A stretch of 64,000 nucleotides of DNA from Candidatus Marinacidobacterium sp. (lineage in GTDB: Bacteria > Acidobacteriota > Vicinamibacteria > Marinacidobacterales > Marinacidobacteraceae), in contig OZ244852.1 in NCBI GenBank assembly GCA_965220965.1, forward strand, positions 544,001 to 608,000. Reading direction: 5' to 3'. The position numbers and the translations under genes were made by a program. How positions within the stretch are numbered: the first letter of the stretch is position 1; the number at the start of each line of letters is the position of its first letter. This document shows positions 19,504-28,320 of the stretch, piece by piece. The notes beneath the pieces were generated by a model. The model made no database searches. It saw only the letters and a program-made list of their open reading frames with translations, and was not told the origin of the DNA.

Positions 19504-20280
19504 TCACCCGGCGGCGCGGCAGATGCTCAGGAAGGAGTCCGCCCGAAGGCTCGCCCCGCCCACCAGGACTCCATCCACATTGGGGCCTTGAAGGATCCGG
19601 GCGGCATTATCTCCCGTCACCGAGCCCCCGTAAAGGATCCGCAGCCGGGCGGCCGCTTCGGACCCGGCGAAGGCGCCGAAGCGGCGCCGCACCGCGGCGA
19701 GCATCGTCTCGGCGGTCTCGGGGGTCGCCGTCCGGCCCGTGCCGATGGCCCAGACCGGTTCGTAGGCGACGACGAGCGACGCCAGGCCGTCGCCGGAGAG
19801 TCCGGCCGCCCCGGCCTCGAGCTGGCGGGCCACCACCGACTCGGCTTCGCCGGCGTCCCGCTCCTCGAGCGTCTCGCCGACGCACAGCACCGGCGCCATC
19901 GCGGCGCCGAGCACCGCTTCCACCTTCCGGCGCACGTCGCGGTCCGTATCGCCGAAGACCTGGCGCCGTTCGGAGTGTCCGACGATGACCTGGTCGCAGC
20001 CGGCCGCGGCCAGCATCCCGGCGGAGACCGCGCCGGTGAAAGCGCCCGCCGGTTCCGGAAAGACGTCCTGCGCCGCCAGCCGGAGCGGCGCGCCGAGGCG
20101 TTCGATCTCGTGCGCCGCCAGCGGGAGGGCGGGAAACGCCGGCGCGACTCCGAACTCGGCGCGCAGGCCGTGAAGCTGCGGCGCGAGCGTCCGCACCAGC
20201 TCCACGGCCTCCGGTCCGGTCTTGTGCATCTTCCAGTTGCCGATCACCAGCGGGCGCCGACCGTTCTCGTTCGTGGGCAT
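19504..20280 (-). CDS. tpiA: Triosephosphate isomerase
   Basis: GNWKM, GHSERR, AYEPVWAIGTG, YGGSV and LVGGASL motifs; ATG overlaps the pgk stop. Confidence 0.97.
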   Translation of the reverse strand: MPTNENGRRPLVIGNWKMHKTGPEAVELVRTLAPQLHGLRAEFGVAPAFPALPLAAHEIERLGAPLRLAAQDVFPEPAGAFTGAVSAGMLAAAGCDQVIVGHSERRQVFGDTDRDVRRKVEAVLGAAMAPVLCVGETLEERDAGEAESVVARQLEAGAAGLSGDGLASLVVAYEPVWAIGTGRTATPETAETMLAAVRRRFGAFAGSEAAARLRILYGGSVTGDNAARILQGPNVDGVLVGGASLRADSFLSICRAAG

Positions 20281-21485
20281 CAGGGTGTCTCCGGCTCGAT
20301 GTCCGGGAGCGCCTCGACTCCCGGGAGCGGTTGTCCGGCGAGGAAAGCGAGCGACGCCCCTCCGCCGGTCGAGAGGTGGCCCATGCGGGATCCGACGCCT
20401 GCGAGACGCACGGCGGCGGCGGAGTCGCCGCCGCCCACCACGGTCCGCGCCCCGCGGTCGGTGGCCGCCGCGACCGCGCGCGCGACCGCGAGCGTTCCGC
20501 CCGCGAACGCCGGGTTCTCGAACAGGCCCATCGGTCCGTTCCAGACGACGGTTCGGGCTTCCCGCAGGGCTTCCCCGAATGCGGCCCCGGTCCGGGGGCC
20601 GATGTCGAGGCCGATCCGGTTGGCGGCGATCCGGTCGGACGGCGGGTCGGCGCCGGTCGCATCGGGCGAGGGAGCGGCGAGGTGGTCGGTGGGAAGCGAC
20701 AGCCGCTCCCCGTGGTCGCGCAGCAGCGCCGCGGCCTCGTCGACCCGGTCCGGCTCGACGAGCGAGTCCCCGACCGGGACGCCGCGGGCGAGGAGGAAGG
20801 TGTAGGCCATCGCGCCGCCGATGAGCACGCGGTCGGCGTGCTCCAGCAGCGACCGGATCACCGGGAGCTTGTCCGAGACCTTGGCCCCTCCGAGGACGGC
20901 CACGAAGGGCCGCGCGGGTCTGCGGAACAGGCCTCCGAGCGCCTTCAGTTCGGCCTTCAGCAGCGGCCCCGCAGCCGCCCGCGGAAACCGGCGCGCGCAC
21001 GCCTCCACCGAGGCGTGGGCCCGGTGGACCACGCCGAAGGCGTCGTTCGCGTACTCGTCGCCGAAAGCGGCCAGCGCCGCGGCGAAGTCCGGGTCGTTCG
21101 ATGTTTCTCCGGGGTGGAAGCGGAGGTTCTCGAGCAGCAGCGTTTCCCCCGGCCGCGCTGGTGGAATGCGCGGCGCCCGGTCGTATCCGACGGGTTCCTC
21201 GTGGAGGCGCACCGGCGAGCCGAGCAGTTCCCGGAGCCGGTCCGCCACCGGACGCAGGCTGAACCCGGCAGCGATCCCGCCTCCGGGGCGGCCGGCGTGC
21301 GAGGCGAGGACGACGGCGGCGCCCGCCCGCTGCGCCGCCCGGATCGCGGGGAGCGCAGCCCGGATCCGGGTGTCATCGGAGACCGCTCCATTCCGGAGCG
21401 GGACGTTCAGGTCGGAGCGCAGCAGCAGGCGCCGGCCGCGGAGGTCGAGATCCTCGATTCCCAGCTTCCGGGCCGCCGCGACCAT
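20280..21485 (-). CDS. pgk: Phosphoglycerate kinase
   Basis: RSDLNVP, SHAGRP, LLENLRF, GGAKVSDK, WNGPMG and STGGGASL motifs. Confidence 0.97.
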   Translation of the reverse strand: MVAAARKLGIEDLDLRGRRLLLRSDLNVPLRNGAVSDDTRIRAALPAIRAAQRAGAAVVLASHAGRPGGGIAAGFSLRPVADRLRELLGSPVRLHEEPVGYDRAPRIPPARPGETLLLENLRFHPGETSNDPDFAAALAAFGDEYANDAFGVVHRAHASVEACARRFPRAAAGPLLKAELKALGGLFRRPARPFVAVLGGAKVSDKLPVIRSLLEHADRVLIGGAMAYTFLLARGVPVGDSLVEPDRVDEAAALLRDHGERLSLPTDHLAAPSPDATGADPPSDRIAANRIGLDIGPRTGAAFGEALREARTVVWNGPMGLFENPAFAGGTLAVARAVAAATDRGARTVVGGGDSAAAVRLAGVGSRMGHLSTGGGASLAFLAGQPLPGVEALPDIEPETP

Positions 21486-21547
21486 TCCGGCGCGAACCTT
21501 ACTTGCGGGGGGACCGCGGAGTATCCTCTCCTCAACCGAATCGACTT

Positions 21548-21760
21548 CAGGTTCTTTCCGGTTGCGGTCCGCCGCGCCGGGGAGCGAAGAGGGAACCGGG
21601 TGCGAATCCCGGACGGCCCACGCCACTGTCATCGGAAGGCCCGACCCGGGCTGTCCTCCCCGCGAGGACGGCGCCCACTTCCGGCTCCGCCGGAGGGAAG
21701 GGGGGAAGGGTGGGGACGCGTCCCGCGTCCTGTTCCGTGAGTCAGGAGACCTGCCGGAAG
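21548..21760 (+). promoter_or_regulatory. Cobalamin (AdoCbl) riboswitch
   Basis: AGGGAAccgGGTGcgAATCCcggACGGCCCacGCCACTGT ... GCCCACT...GGGAAG ... GAGTCAGGAGACCTGCC B12-box, directly upstream of a TonB receptor and pduO. Confidence 0.92.
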
Positions 21761-21803
21761 TCCGGAACCACCAACACCTCTTCGCTGGGAAGGGAGCTGG
21801 TTC

Positions 21804-24212
21804 ATGAGACCAAAGCGCCACCGCGACCTCGGCGGTCCCCGGACCGTCGCGCTCTTCCTCATCCTGCTGGTGGCGGCGGCGCCGTCATCCGGCGACGACG
21901 CCGCCCCCGGGTTCACCGTGCTGGTGCGCGGCGCAACCGGTGAGGCCGTGGCGGGGGCGGTCGTGACCGCCGACGCCGCCGTCGGCGGCCAGCGGTTTTC
22001 GGCCCGGACCGAGGGGAGCGGGGAGGCCCGCCTCGTCGGCGTTCCGGACGGGTCCTACCTGGTGTCCGCCCGGAGCGCCGATCTCTCGGCGGCGCCGGTG
22101 GCCGTGGAGGTCGTGGGGGGTCGGGCCGCCCCTAACGAGCTCATTCTTCGCTTCGCGGCGGTTCGCGAGTCCGTGGTGGTCTCGGCGGCGCTCGCGGCTC
22201 GCCGGGAGACCGAGGCCGGAGCCTTCGTGGATGTCCTCCCGGCCGCCGCCCTCGAGGAGCGGGGAGAGTGGTCGCTGGTGGAGGCCCTGCGCGGAGTTCC
22301 GGGAACCCTGGTCCGGCAGGACGGAGGCCCGGGCCACGTCGCCCACTTCCAGATCCGCGGACTTCCGGCGTCCTCGACGGCGGTCGTCGTCGACGGGGCG
22401 CCGCTCCGCGATCCGGCGGCCATCCGGGGTGACGCGATTTCCCTCCTGCCTTCGCTCGGCCTTGTCGGCGTGGACCGCGTCGAGATCCGGCGGAGCGGCG
22501 GCTCCACGCTCTACGGGAGCGGCGGGATCGGCGGGGTGCTCCAGATCGTCACCCGCTCCGGTTCGGCGGCCGACGGGGCGCGGCTTCGCGGCGGGCTCGG
22601 GACGCAGGGGCATACCGAGGTCGCCGCCGACTGGGGAACCGGCCTGGGTTCCGGCGGCGCGCTCGGCGGGTTGTCGGTCGGGTTCGGGAGCGTTGACATC
22701 AGCGAGGGAGCGGATGGAGACGATCCGTTCCGGAACCGGACCGCGATCGGACGGATCGGACTGCGGCTCGCGCCGTGGCTGCGGCTCTCGGCGCGCGGTC
22801 TCTACTCGAGCGCCAGCGTGGGACTCAACGAGAGTCCCTCGCCGCTCCCGGGGATCCCCGCCGGAGTCGTGGAGGCCCGGGCGGCGGCCGACGCGGTGGT
22901 GGCGGCGTACGAGCGGGGAACGCCGCTGGACGGTCTCGACCGGGGCGCCGCGACCTTCCTGCCCTCGCCGAACGACCCGGATGCGGAGCAAAGGACCAGT
23001 TTCCGTTCGACGCTGTTCACCGTGGAAGGCCGCGCGGGGCCCGATGCCGCCTGGAGCGTGCGGCTCCACGACCTGCGGACCGTCCGGGAGAATGACGATG
23101 GCCCCGCTGGCCCGAGCCTCTGGGACCCCGACGCGGTCCGCACGATCCGGTACGCCGGGACGGTTCGGAGCGCCGCGCTGCGGGGTGAGCTGACTCGTGG
23201 GGATGTGCGGTGGATGGCCGGCGGCGAGGCGGAGCGGGAGACGGCGTCGACCGTGGATCCCGGCTTCGGGACCGATCTGGGCCAATCGGCGCTCTCGGCG
23301 TTCGTGCAGGGCGAGGCGATCCTGGGCGCGGCCTCGCTGCGGGGCGCGCTCCGCGCCCAGCGGTTCTCCACCCGGGAGGCCGACCTGACGCCCGCCGAGG
23401 GAAGCCCGTGGGCGAAAACGCCGCCCCCGGTGGACGCCGGAGCGATCACCGGAGACGTCTCGACGTCGCTCGCGCTGAGCGACGGCTTCCGGCTTCGGGG
23501 ATCGTGGGGGCGCGGCTTTCGCGCTCCGTCGCTCTACGAGAGGTTCGGAACCTCCTGGTCCAGCTTCGGATACGCGGTCTACGGCGATCCGACGCTGGCC
23601 CCCGAGTCCACCTGGACGCTCGATCTGGGGTTTTCGGCGGAGACCGGCGACCGGCGGGCCGCGCTGCGGGCGGCCTACTTCCGCTCCGGCAGGCCCCAGG
23701 TCATCGGGTTCGGATCGTTCGACGCCGCGACTGACCCCTTCGGGCGGTGGAGCGGCTACCAGAACACCGAAGCGGGAACCGCCCAGGGCGTCGAGTCAGC
23801 GCTGACGGTCGCGCTTCCCCGGCGGACGCGGGCCGGATTCCACTTCACCTGGACGGCCGCCGACCCGCCGGAGAACGCTCCGGGGGAGCTCGAGTCTGAG
23901 TGGCTCATCCCGCGGCTTCAGGGGGGCCTGGTCCTCTCCGGTACGCTGTTCGAGCGGCTCAACTGGAGCGCCGATCTGCACCTCACCTCCGCCCTGGACG
24001 CTCCGCTGTTCGATCCGGTGACCTTCGGGACCCGCGTCTTCCGGTTCGCCGGCATGCGCCGGCTCGATCTGGCGGCAGGCCTCGACCTCGGCGCCGGGCT
24101 CCGGATGCGCGGAATCGTCCGGGATGCGCTCGACGATCGCGCGTTCACCAGCGCCGGGTTCCGGGCGCCGGGGCGCGTCCTCCGGGCCGAACTCGAGTGG
24201 CGGCCCCGGTGA
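21804..24212 (+). CDS. TonB-dependent receptor, probable cobalamin transporter (BtuB-like)
   Basis: Signal peptide, N-terminal carboxypeptidase-regulatory-like domain, plug motifs (ESVVVSA, IRGL, VDRVEI..G..STLYG), FRAPSLYE; under a B12 riboswitch. Confidence 0.88.
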   Translation: MRPKRHRDLGGPRTVALFLILLVAAAPSSGDDAAPGFTVLVRGATGEAVAGAVVTADAAVGGQRFSARTEGSGEARLVGVPDGSYLVSARSADLSAAPVAVEVVGGRAAPNELILRFAAVRESVVVSAALAARRETEAGAFVDVLPAAALEERGEWSLVEALRGVPGTLVRQDGGPGHVAHFQIRGLPASSTAVVVDGAPLRDPAAIRGDAISLLPSLGLVGVDRVEIRRSGGSTLYGSGGIGGVLQIVTRSGSAADGARLRGGLGTQGHTEVAADWGTGLGSGGALGGLSVGFGSVDISEGADGDDPFRNRTAIGRIGLRLAPWLRLSARGLYSSASVGLNESPSPLPGIPAGVVEARAAADAVVAAYERGTPLDGLDRGAATFLPSPNDPDAEQRTSFRSTLFTVEGRAGPDAAWSVRLHDLRTVRENDDGPAGPSLWDPDAVRTIRYAGTVRSAALRGELTRGDVRWMAGGEAERETASTVDPGFGTDLGQSALSAFVQGEAILGAASLRGALRAQRFSTREADLTPAEGSPWAKTPPPVDAGAITGDVSTSLALSDGFRLRGSWGRGFRAPSLYERFGTSWSSFGYAVYGDPTLAPESTWTLDLGFSAETGDRRAALRAAYFRSGRPQVIGFGSFDAATDPFGRWSGYQNTEAGTAQGVESALTVALPRRTRAGFHFTWTAADPPENAPGELESEWLIPRLQGGLVLSGTLFERLNWSADLHLTSALDAPLFDPVTFGTRVFRFAGMRRLDLAAGLDLGAGLRMRGIVRDALDDRAFTSAGFRAPGRVLRAELEWRPR

Positions 24213-24222
24213 GCGCGCTTCC

Positions 24223-24786
24223 GTGAGCATTTCCACCACCCGGGGCGACGGGGGAACGACCCAGTTCGGCGACCGCCGGGTCTCCAAGGCGTCTCCCGAG
24301 GCGGAGGCCCTGGGAGCGCTCGACGAACTCGGCGCCGCGCTCGGTTTCGCCCGCTCGCTGATCCGGAACCCCGCCATCCGCGAGCGGGTGGAGCGGCTTC
24401 AGCGGGCGCTCTTCACCGTCGCCGCCGAGGTCGGGGCGCCGGCGGGGGCCCGGGACCCGGCGGCGGCCGAGGCCCTGGCTGCGCTCCTCGAGGAGGTGAC
24501 CGCGGAAGTCCACGACCTCGAAGAGCGGGACGGCATGCTCCGGGACTGGGCGCTTCCCGGGAACCACGCGGGGGCCGCGGCGATCGACCTGGCGCGGACC
24601 GCCTGCCGGCGCGCGGAGCGGGCGCTCGTCGCCCTGGTCGACGCCAGCGGCGTGGACGCGCCGGTGGCGCTCGCTCTCCTGAACCGGATGTCCGACGTGA
24701 TCTGGCTCTACGGCCGGGTGATCGAGATCGAGTCGGGCGTTCCCGGGGCGCTCCGGCCGGAGCATTCGTCCGGCGGGGGCGCCTGA
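24223..24786 (+). CDS. pduO: ATP:cob(I)alamin adenosyltransferase, PduO type
   Basis: TTRGDGGTT, G.LDEL, ARTACRRAER and LNRMSD motifs; GTG start at 24223. Confidence 0.9.
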   Translation: MSISTTRGDGGTTQFGDRRVSKASPEAEALGALDELGAALGFARSLIRNPAIRERVERLQRALFTVAAEVGAPAGARDPAAAEALAALLEEVTAEVHDLEERDGMLRDWALPGNHAGAAAIDLARTACRRAERALVALVDASGVDAPVALALLNRMSDVIWLYGRVIEIESGVPGALRPEHSSGGGA

Positions 24787-24825
24787 GGGGGAACCGGCCC
24801 GGGAGCTGAGCCCGAGTTGCGGCGG

Positions 24826-25842
24826 CTACAGGCCGCGGGCTTCGAGGTGGCGGATCAGGTCCCGCACCCGGCACGAGAACCCCCACTCGTTGTCGTACCA
24901 GGCGAGGATCTTCACCGCGTCGCCGTCGACAACCTTGGTGAACGGCGCGTCCACGATCGAGGAGTGCGGGTTCCCCTGGAAGTCCACCGAAACGAGGGGT
25001 TCGGTGGAGACCGCGAGCACGCCCCGGAGCGGTCCCTCGGCGGCCTGGGTGAGCGCCGCGTTGACCTCCTCCGCGGTCGCCGGCCGCTCGAGCACCGCGG
25101 TCAGATCGGTGAGCGAGACGTTCGGGGTGGGCACCCGCACCGAGATGCCGTCGAGCCGCCCCTCGAGTTCGGGGAGAACCCGGGTGACGGCGCGCGCCGC
25201 GCCGGTGGAGGTCGGGATCATGTTGACCCCGGCGGCGCGGGCCCGGCGGAGGTCCTTGTGGGGCAGATCGAGCAGGCGCTGGTCGTTCGTGTAGGAGTGG
25301 ACGGTCGTCATGATGCCCTTGGCGAGTCCGAACTCCTGGTGGAGGACCTTGGCCACCGGGGCCAGGCAGTTCGTGGTGCACGAGGCGTTCGAGAGGATGT
25401 GGTGCGCGTCGGGGTCGTAGCGATCCTCGTTGACTCCCATCACGACCGTCAGGTCCTCCCCCTTCGCCGGAGCCGAGATGACCACCTTCCGGGCGCCGGC
25501 GGCGAGGTGCTTTGAAGCGTGCTCGCGGGCGGTGAAGATCCCGGTCGACTCGATCGCGACCCGGACGCCGAGCTCGCCCCAGGGCAGGGCGGCGGGATCC
25601 CGCTCGGAGAGCACGCGGACCCGCTTCTCGTCTCCGCCTCCGGTCTCGACCACGAGTTCGTCGTCCTCCACCCGGACATCTCCCGGCAGGGGGCCGGTGA
25701 CCGAGTCGTGCCGGAGGAGGTGGGCGAGGGTGCTGGCGTCCGCCAGGTCGTTGACCGCGACGACCTCGAAATCGGCGTCCTCGAGGGTGGCCCGAAAGAT
25801 GTTCCGGCCGATCCGGCCGAACCCGTTGATTCCGATGCGCAC
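24826..25842 (-). CDS. gap: Glyceraldehyde-3-phosphate dehydrogenase (type I)
   Basis: INGFGRIGR, SNASCTTNCLAP, WYDNEWG; AGGAG RBS upstream. Confidence 0.98.
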   Translation of the reverse strand: MRIGINGFGRIGRNIFRATLEDADFEVVAVNDLADASTLAHLLRHDSVTGPLPGDVRVEDDELVVETGGGDEKRVRVLSERDPAALPWGELGVRVAIESTGIFTAREHASKHLAAGARKVVISAPAKGEDLTVVMGVNEDRYDPDAHHILSNASCTTNCLAPVAKVLHQEFGLAKGIMTTVHSYTNDQRLLDLPHKDLRRARAAGVNMIPTSTGAARAVTRVLPELEGRLDGISVRVPTPNVSLTDLTAVLERPATAEEVNAALTQAAEGPLRGVLAVSTEPLVSVDFQGNPHSSIVDAPFTKVVDGDAVKILAWYDNEWGFSCRVRDLIRHLEARGL

Positions 25843-25886
25843 GCCAGCTCCTTTCGCGGCGCCCGGAGCGCCGCCGTCAGGCGGGC

Positions 25887-25915
25887 ATCGTAGGAGATCG
25901 CCGCTGACGGGTCAA
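25887..25915 (-). promoter_or_regulatory. sigma70-type promoter of gap
   Basis: Minus strand TTGACC-N17-TACGAT. Confidence 0.65.
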
Positions 25916-25976
25916 CGAATGACGCCGTCTTCTCAGATCTGAGTCAGCACACAACAGATAATCGCACTATGTTTAC

Positions 25977-26005
25977 TTGACATTCTGAACCGGCGCGTCT
26001 ACTCT
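25977..26005 (+). promoter_or_regulatory. sigma70-type promoter of hsp20
   Basis: TTGACA-N17-TACTCT in an AT-rich intergenic patch. Confidence 0.7.
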
Positions 26006-26060
26006 TCCTGTGTCAGCCGGGACCACCGGCTGGACTGATCACCTACAGGAGGAAAAAGCC

Positions 26061-26537
26061 ATGACCCAGATGAATCTCTTCCCCACCTCGGTTCGGCGCC
26101 TCTTCGCCGACCCCTTCTTCGCTCCGCTGGAGCTGCCCTCGTTCGGTAACGGGACGGGGGACGGTCCGGTGGCGTGGACGCCGCCGGTGGATGTCCGCGA
26201 CTCCGACACCGAAGTCCGCATCGACATGGAACTGCCCGGCGTGTCCCGCGAAGACATCTCGGTGCGCTTCCACGACGGACGCCTGACGATCGAGGGGCGC
26301 CGCTCCCACGAGACGAACGGCAACGGCGAGGCCGAGAGCGATGTCAGCCTGGCGAGGCCCGCTTCGGGCTGGACCCGGCGCGAGCGCTTCCAGGGCGTCT
26401 ACCGCCGCACCTTCAGCGTGCCGGACACGGTGGATGTCTCGGCGATCAAGGCCGAGACCCGCGACGGCGTCCTCACCCTCACGCTGCCCAAGCTGGAGAA
26501 GGCCCACCCGCGTCAGATCGAGGTCCAGGTGCACTGA
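26061..26537 (+). CDS. Small heat shock protein Hsp20/alpha-crystallin family
   Basis: WTPPVDV, ELPGV, RRER..G.Y.R.F.VP, DGVLTLTLPK; AGGAGG RBS before ATG 26061. Confidence 0.95.
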   Translation: MTQMNLFPTSVRRLFADPFFAPLELPSFGNGTGDGPVAWTPPVDVRDSDTEVRIDMELPGVSREDISVRFHDGRLTIEGRRSHETNGNGEAESDVSLARPASGWTRRERFQGVYRRTFSVPDTVDVSAIKAETRDGVLTLTLPKLEKAHPRQIEVQVH

Positions 26538-26543
26538 CCTGGA

Positions 26544-26576
26544 GGCCGGCGCGCCAGGTTTGCTGGCGCGCCGGTC
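26544..26576. terminator. Strong GC hairpin between convergent hsp20 and pruA (probable bidirectional terminator)
   Basis: CCGGCGCGCCAG-gtttg-CTGGCGCGCCGG perfect 12-bp stem; no U-tract. Confidence 0.6.
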
Positions 26577-26597
26577 CTGGCGGCCTGGTGGGGCCGT

Positions 26598-28232
26598 CTA
26601 TGCGGAGAGGAAGGGGTAGCGGTAGTCCTTCGCGGGGGCGAAGTTCTCCTTCACGGTGCGGATGCTGGTCCACCGCAGGAGATGGGAGCCCGCGCCGGTC
26701 TTGTCGTTCGTTCCGGAAGCGCGTCCGCCGCCGAACGGCTGCTGGCCGATGACGGCTCCGGTCGGCTTGTCGTTGATGTAGAAGTTGCCGGCGGCGTGCC
26801 GAAGCGCGCCGTAGGCTCTCTCCGCCGCCAGCCGGTCGTTCGCGAAGATCGCGCCGGTGAGTCCGTAAGGCGACGTTGTCCGGCAGAGCTCGAGCGTCTG
26901 CTCGAACTGGTTGTCCGGATAGAACCACACGGTCAGCACCGGGCCGAAGATCTCCTCCTGCATGAGCCGGTTCTGCGGATCCTCGGTGACGACCAGGGTG
27001 GGCTCCACGAACCAGCCCTTCGACCGGTCGTTCCCGCCGCCGACGACGACCTCGCAGGAGGGGTCCTCCTTCGCGAACGCCTGGTACCCGGTGACCTTGT
27101 CGAACGCGCGCTCGTCGATCACCGCCCCCATGAAGTTGGAGAAGTCCGAGGTGTCGCCCATCGTCAGCGTTCCGGCCTCGGCTCGGAAGCGCTCGAGGAA
27201 CTCACCCTTCAGGCTTTCGGGCAGGTAGGCCCGCGAAGCCGCCGAGCACTTCTGCCCCTGGTACTCGTAAGCCCCGCGGATCAGGCCGGCCACCAGCGCC
27301 TGCGGGTCCGCGGTCGAGTGCGCCACGACGAAGTTCTTGCCGCCGGTCTCCCCGACGATCCTAGGGTAGGACTGGTAGTTCGCGATGTTGTCGCCGACCG
27401 TCTTCCAGATGTGCTGGAAGGTGGCGGTGGAGCCGGTGAAGTGGACTCCCGCGAGATTCGGCTGCGCGAGCGCCGGGGCGCCCAGCGTGGGTCCGTGTCC
27501 GGGGAGCATGTTCACGATCCCGTCGGGGAGGCCGGCCTCCCGGTAGAGCTCCATCAGATACCAGGCGGAGAGCATCTGGGTCTCGGCCGGTTTCCAGATC
27601 ACCGTGTTCCCCATGATCGCGGGGGCGAGCGGCAGGTTGCCGCCGATCGCGGTGAAGTTGAACGGACTCACCGCGAAGATGAACCCCTCGAGGGCGCGGT
27701 ACTCGAAGTAGTTCCAGACCCCCGGCTCGGCGTCGGCGGCGGGCTGCTGCCGCACCAACTGATCCAGGAAATAGGCGTTGAACCGCAGCATGTCGGCGAA
27801 CTCGCACGCCGCGTCGATCTCGGCCTGGTGGCAGGTCTTCGACTGGCCCAGCATGGTGGCCGCGTTCATCCGCGCCCGGTGGGGCCCCACCAGCAGGTCG
27901 GCGATCCGCAGATAGAGGCTGGCGCGGGCCCGGTAGTCCATCTCCGACCACTCGTTCCAGGCGTCGGAGGCGGCGGCGACCGCCTGCTCCACGAGGTCCG
28001 GAGTGGCCTCGTGGTAGCGCGCCAGCACCCGTGCGTGGTCGTGGGGAGAACGCACCTCGGCGATCCGGCCGGTGCGGATCTCCTTCCCGCCGATGATGAC
28101 CGGGATCTCGACGCATTCGGACGCCTGGCGGGCCAGCTCGGCCTCGAGCGCTCCGCGCTCGGGGCTGCCGGGCGTGTAGTCGAGCACCCGTTCGTTCGCC
28201 GGTCGGGGGACGGCCTGGATTCCCTGGCTCAT
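26598..28232 (-). CDS. pruA: Delta-1-pyrroline-5-carboxylate dehydrogenase
   Basis: QAEIDAACE, SPFNFTAIGGNL, FTGST, GETGGK, EYQGQKCSA, EEIFGP and QQPFGG.RASGTNDK motifs. Confidence 0.95.
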   Translation of the reverse strand: MSQGIQAVPRPANERVLDYTPGSPERGALEAELARQASECVEIPVIIGGKEIRTGRIAEVRSPHDHARVLARYHEATPDLVEQAVAAASDAWNEWSEMDYRARASLYLRIADLLVGPHRARMNAATMLGQSKTCHQAEIDAACEFADMLRFNAYFLDQLVRQQPAADAEPGVWNYFEYRALEGFIFAVSPFNFTAIGGNLPLAPAIMGNTVIWKPAETQMLSAWYLMELYREAGLPDGIVNMLPGHGPTLGAPALAQPNLAGVHFTGSTATFQHIWKTVGDNIANYQSYPRIVGETGGKNFVVAHSTADPQALVAGLIRGAYEYQGQKCSAASRAYLPESLKGEFLERFRAEAGTLTMGDTSDFSNFMGAVIDERAFDKVTGYQAFAKEDPSCEVVVGGGNDRSKGWFVEPTLVVTEDPQNRLMQEEIFGPVLTVWFYPDNQFEQTLELCRTTSPYGLTGAIFANDRLAAERAYGALRHAAGNFYINDKPTGAVIGQQPFGGGRASGTNDKTGAGSHLLRWTSIRTVKENFAPAKDYRYPFLSA

Positions 28233-28320
28233 TAGACTTCTCCTCGAAGGTTCCGGGGCGGTGGAAGCGGAGAATCCTACCCGGATCGACGGTCGCGGAG
28301 CCGGCTCATCGAGCGCGCCG

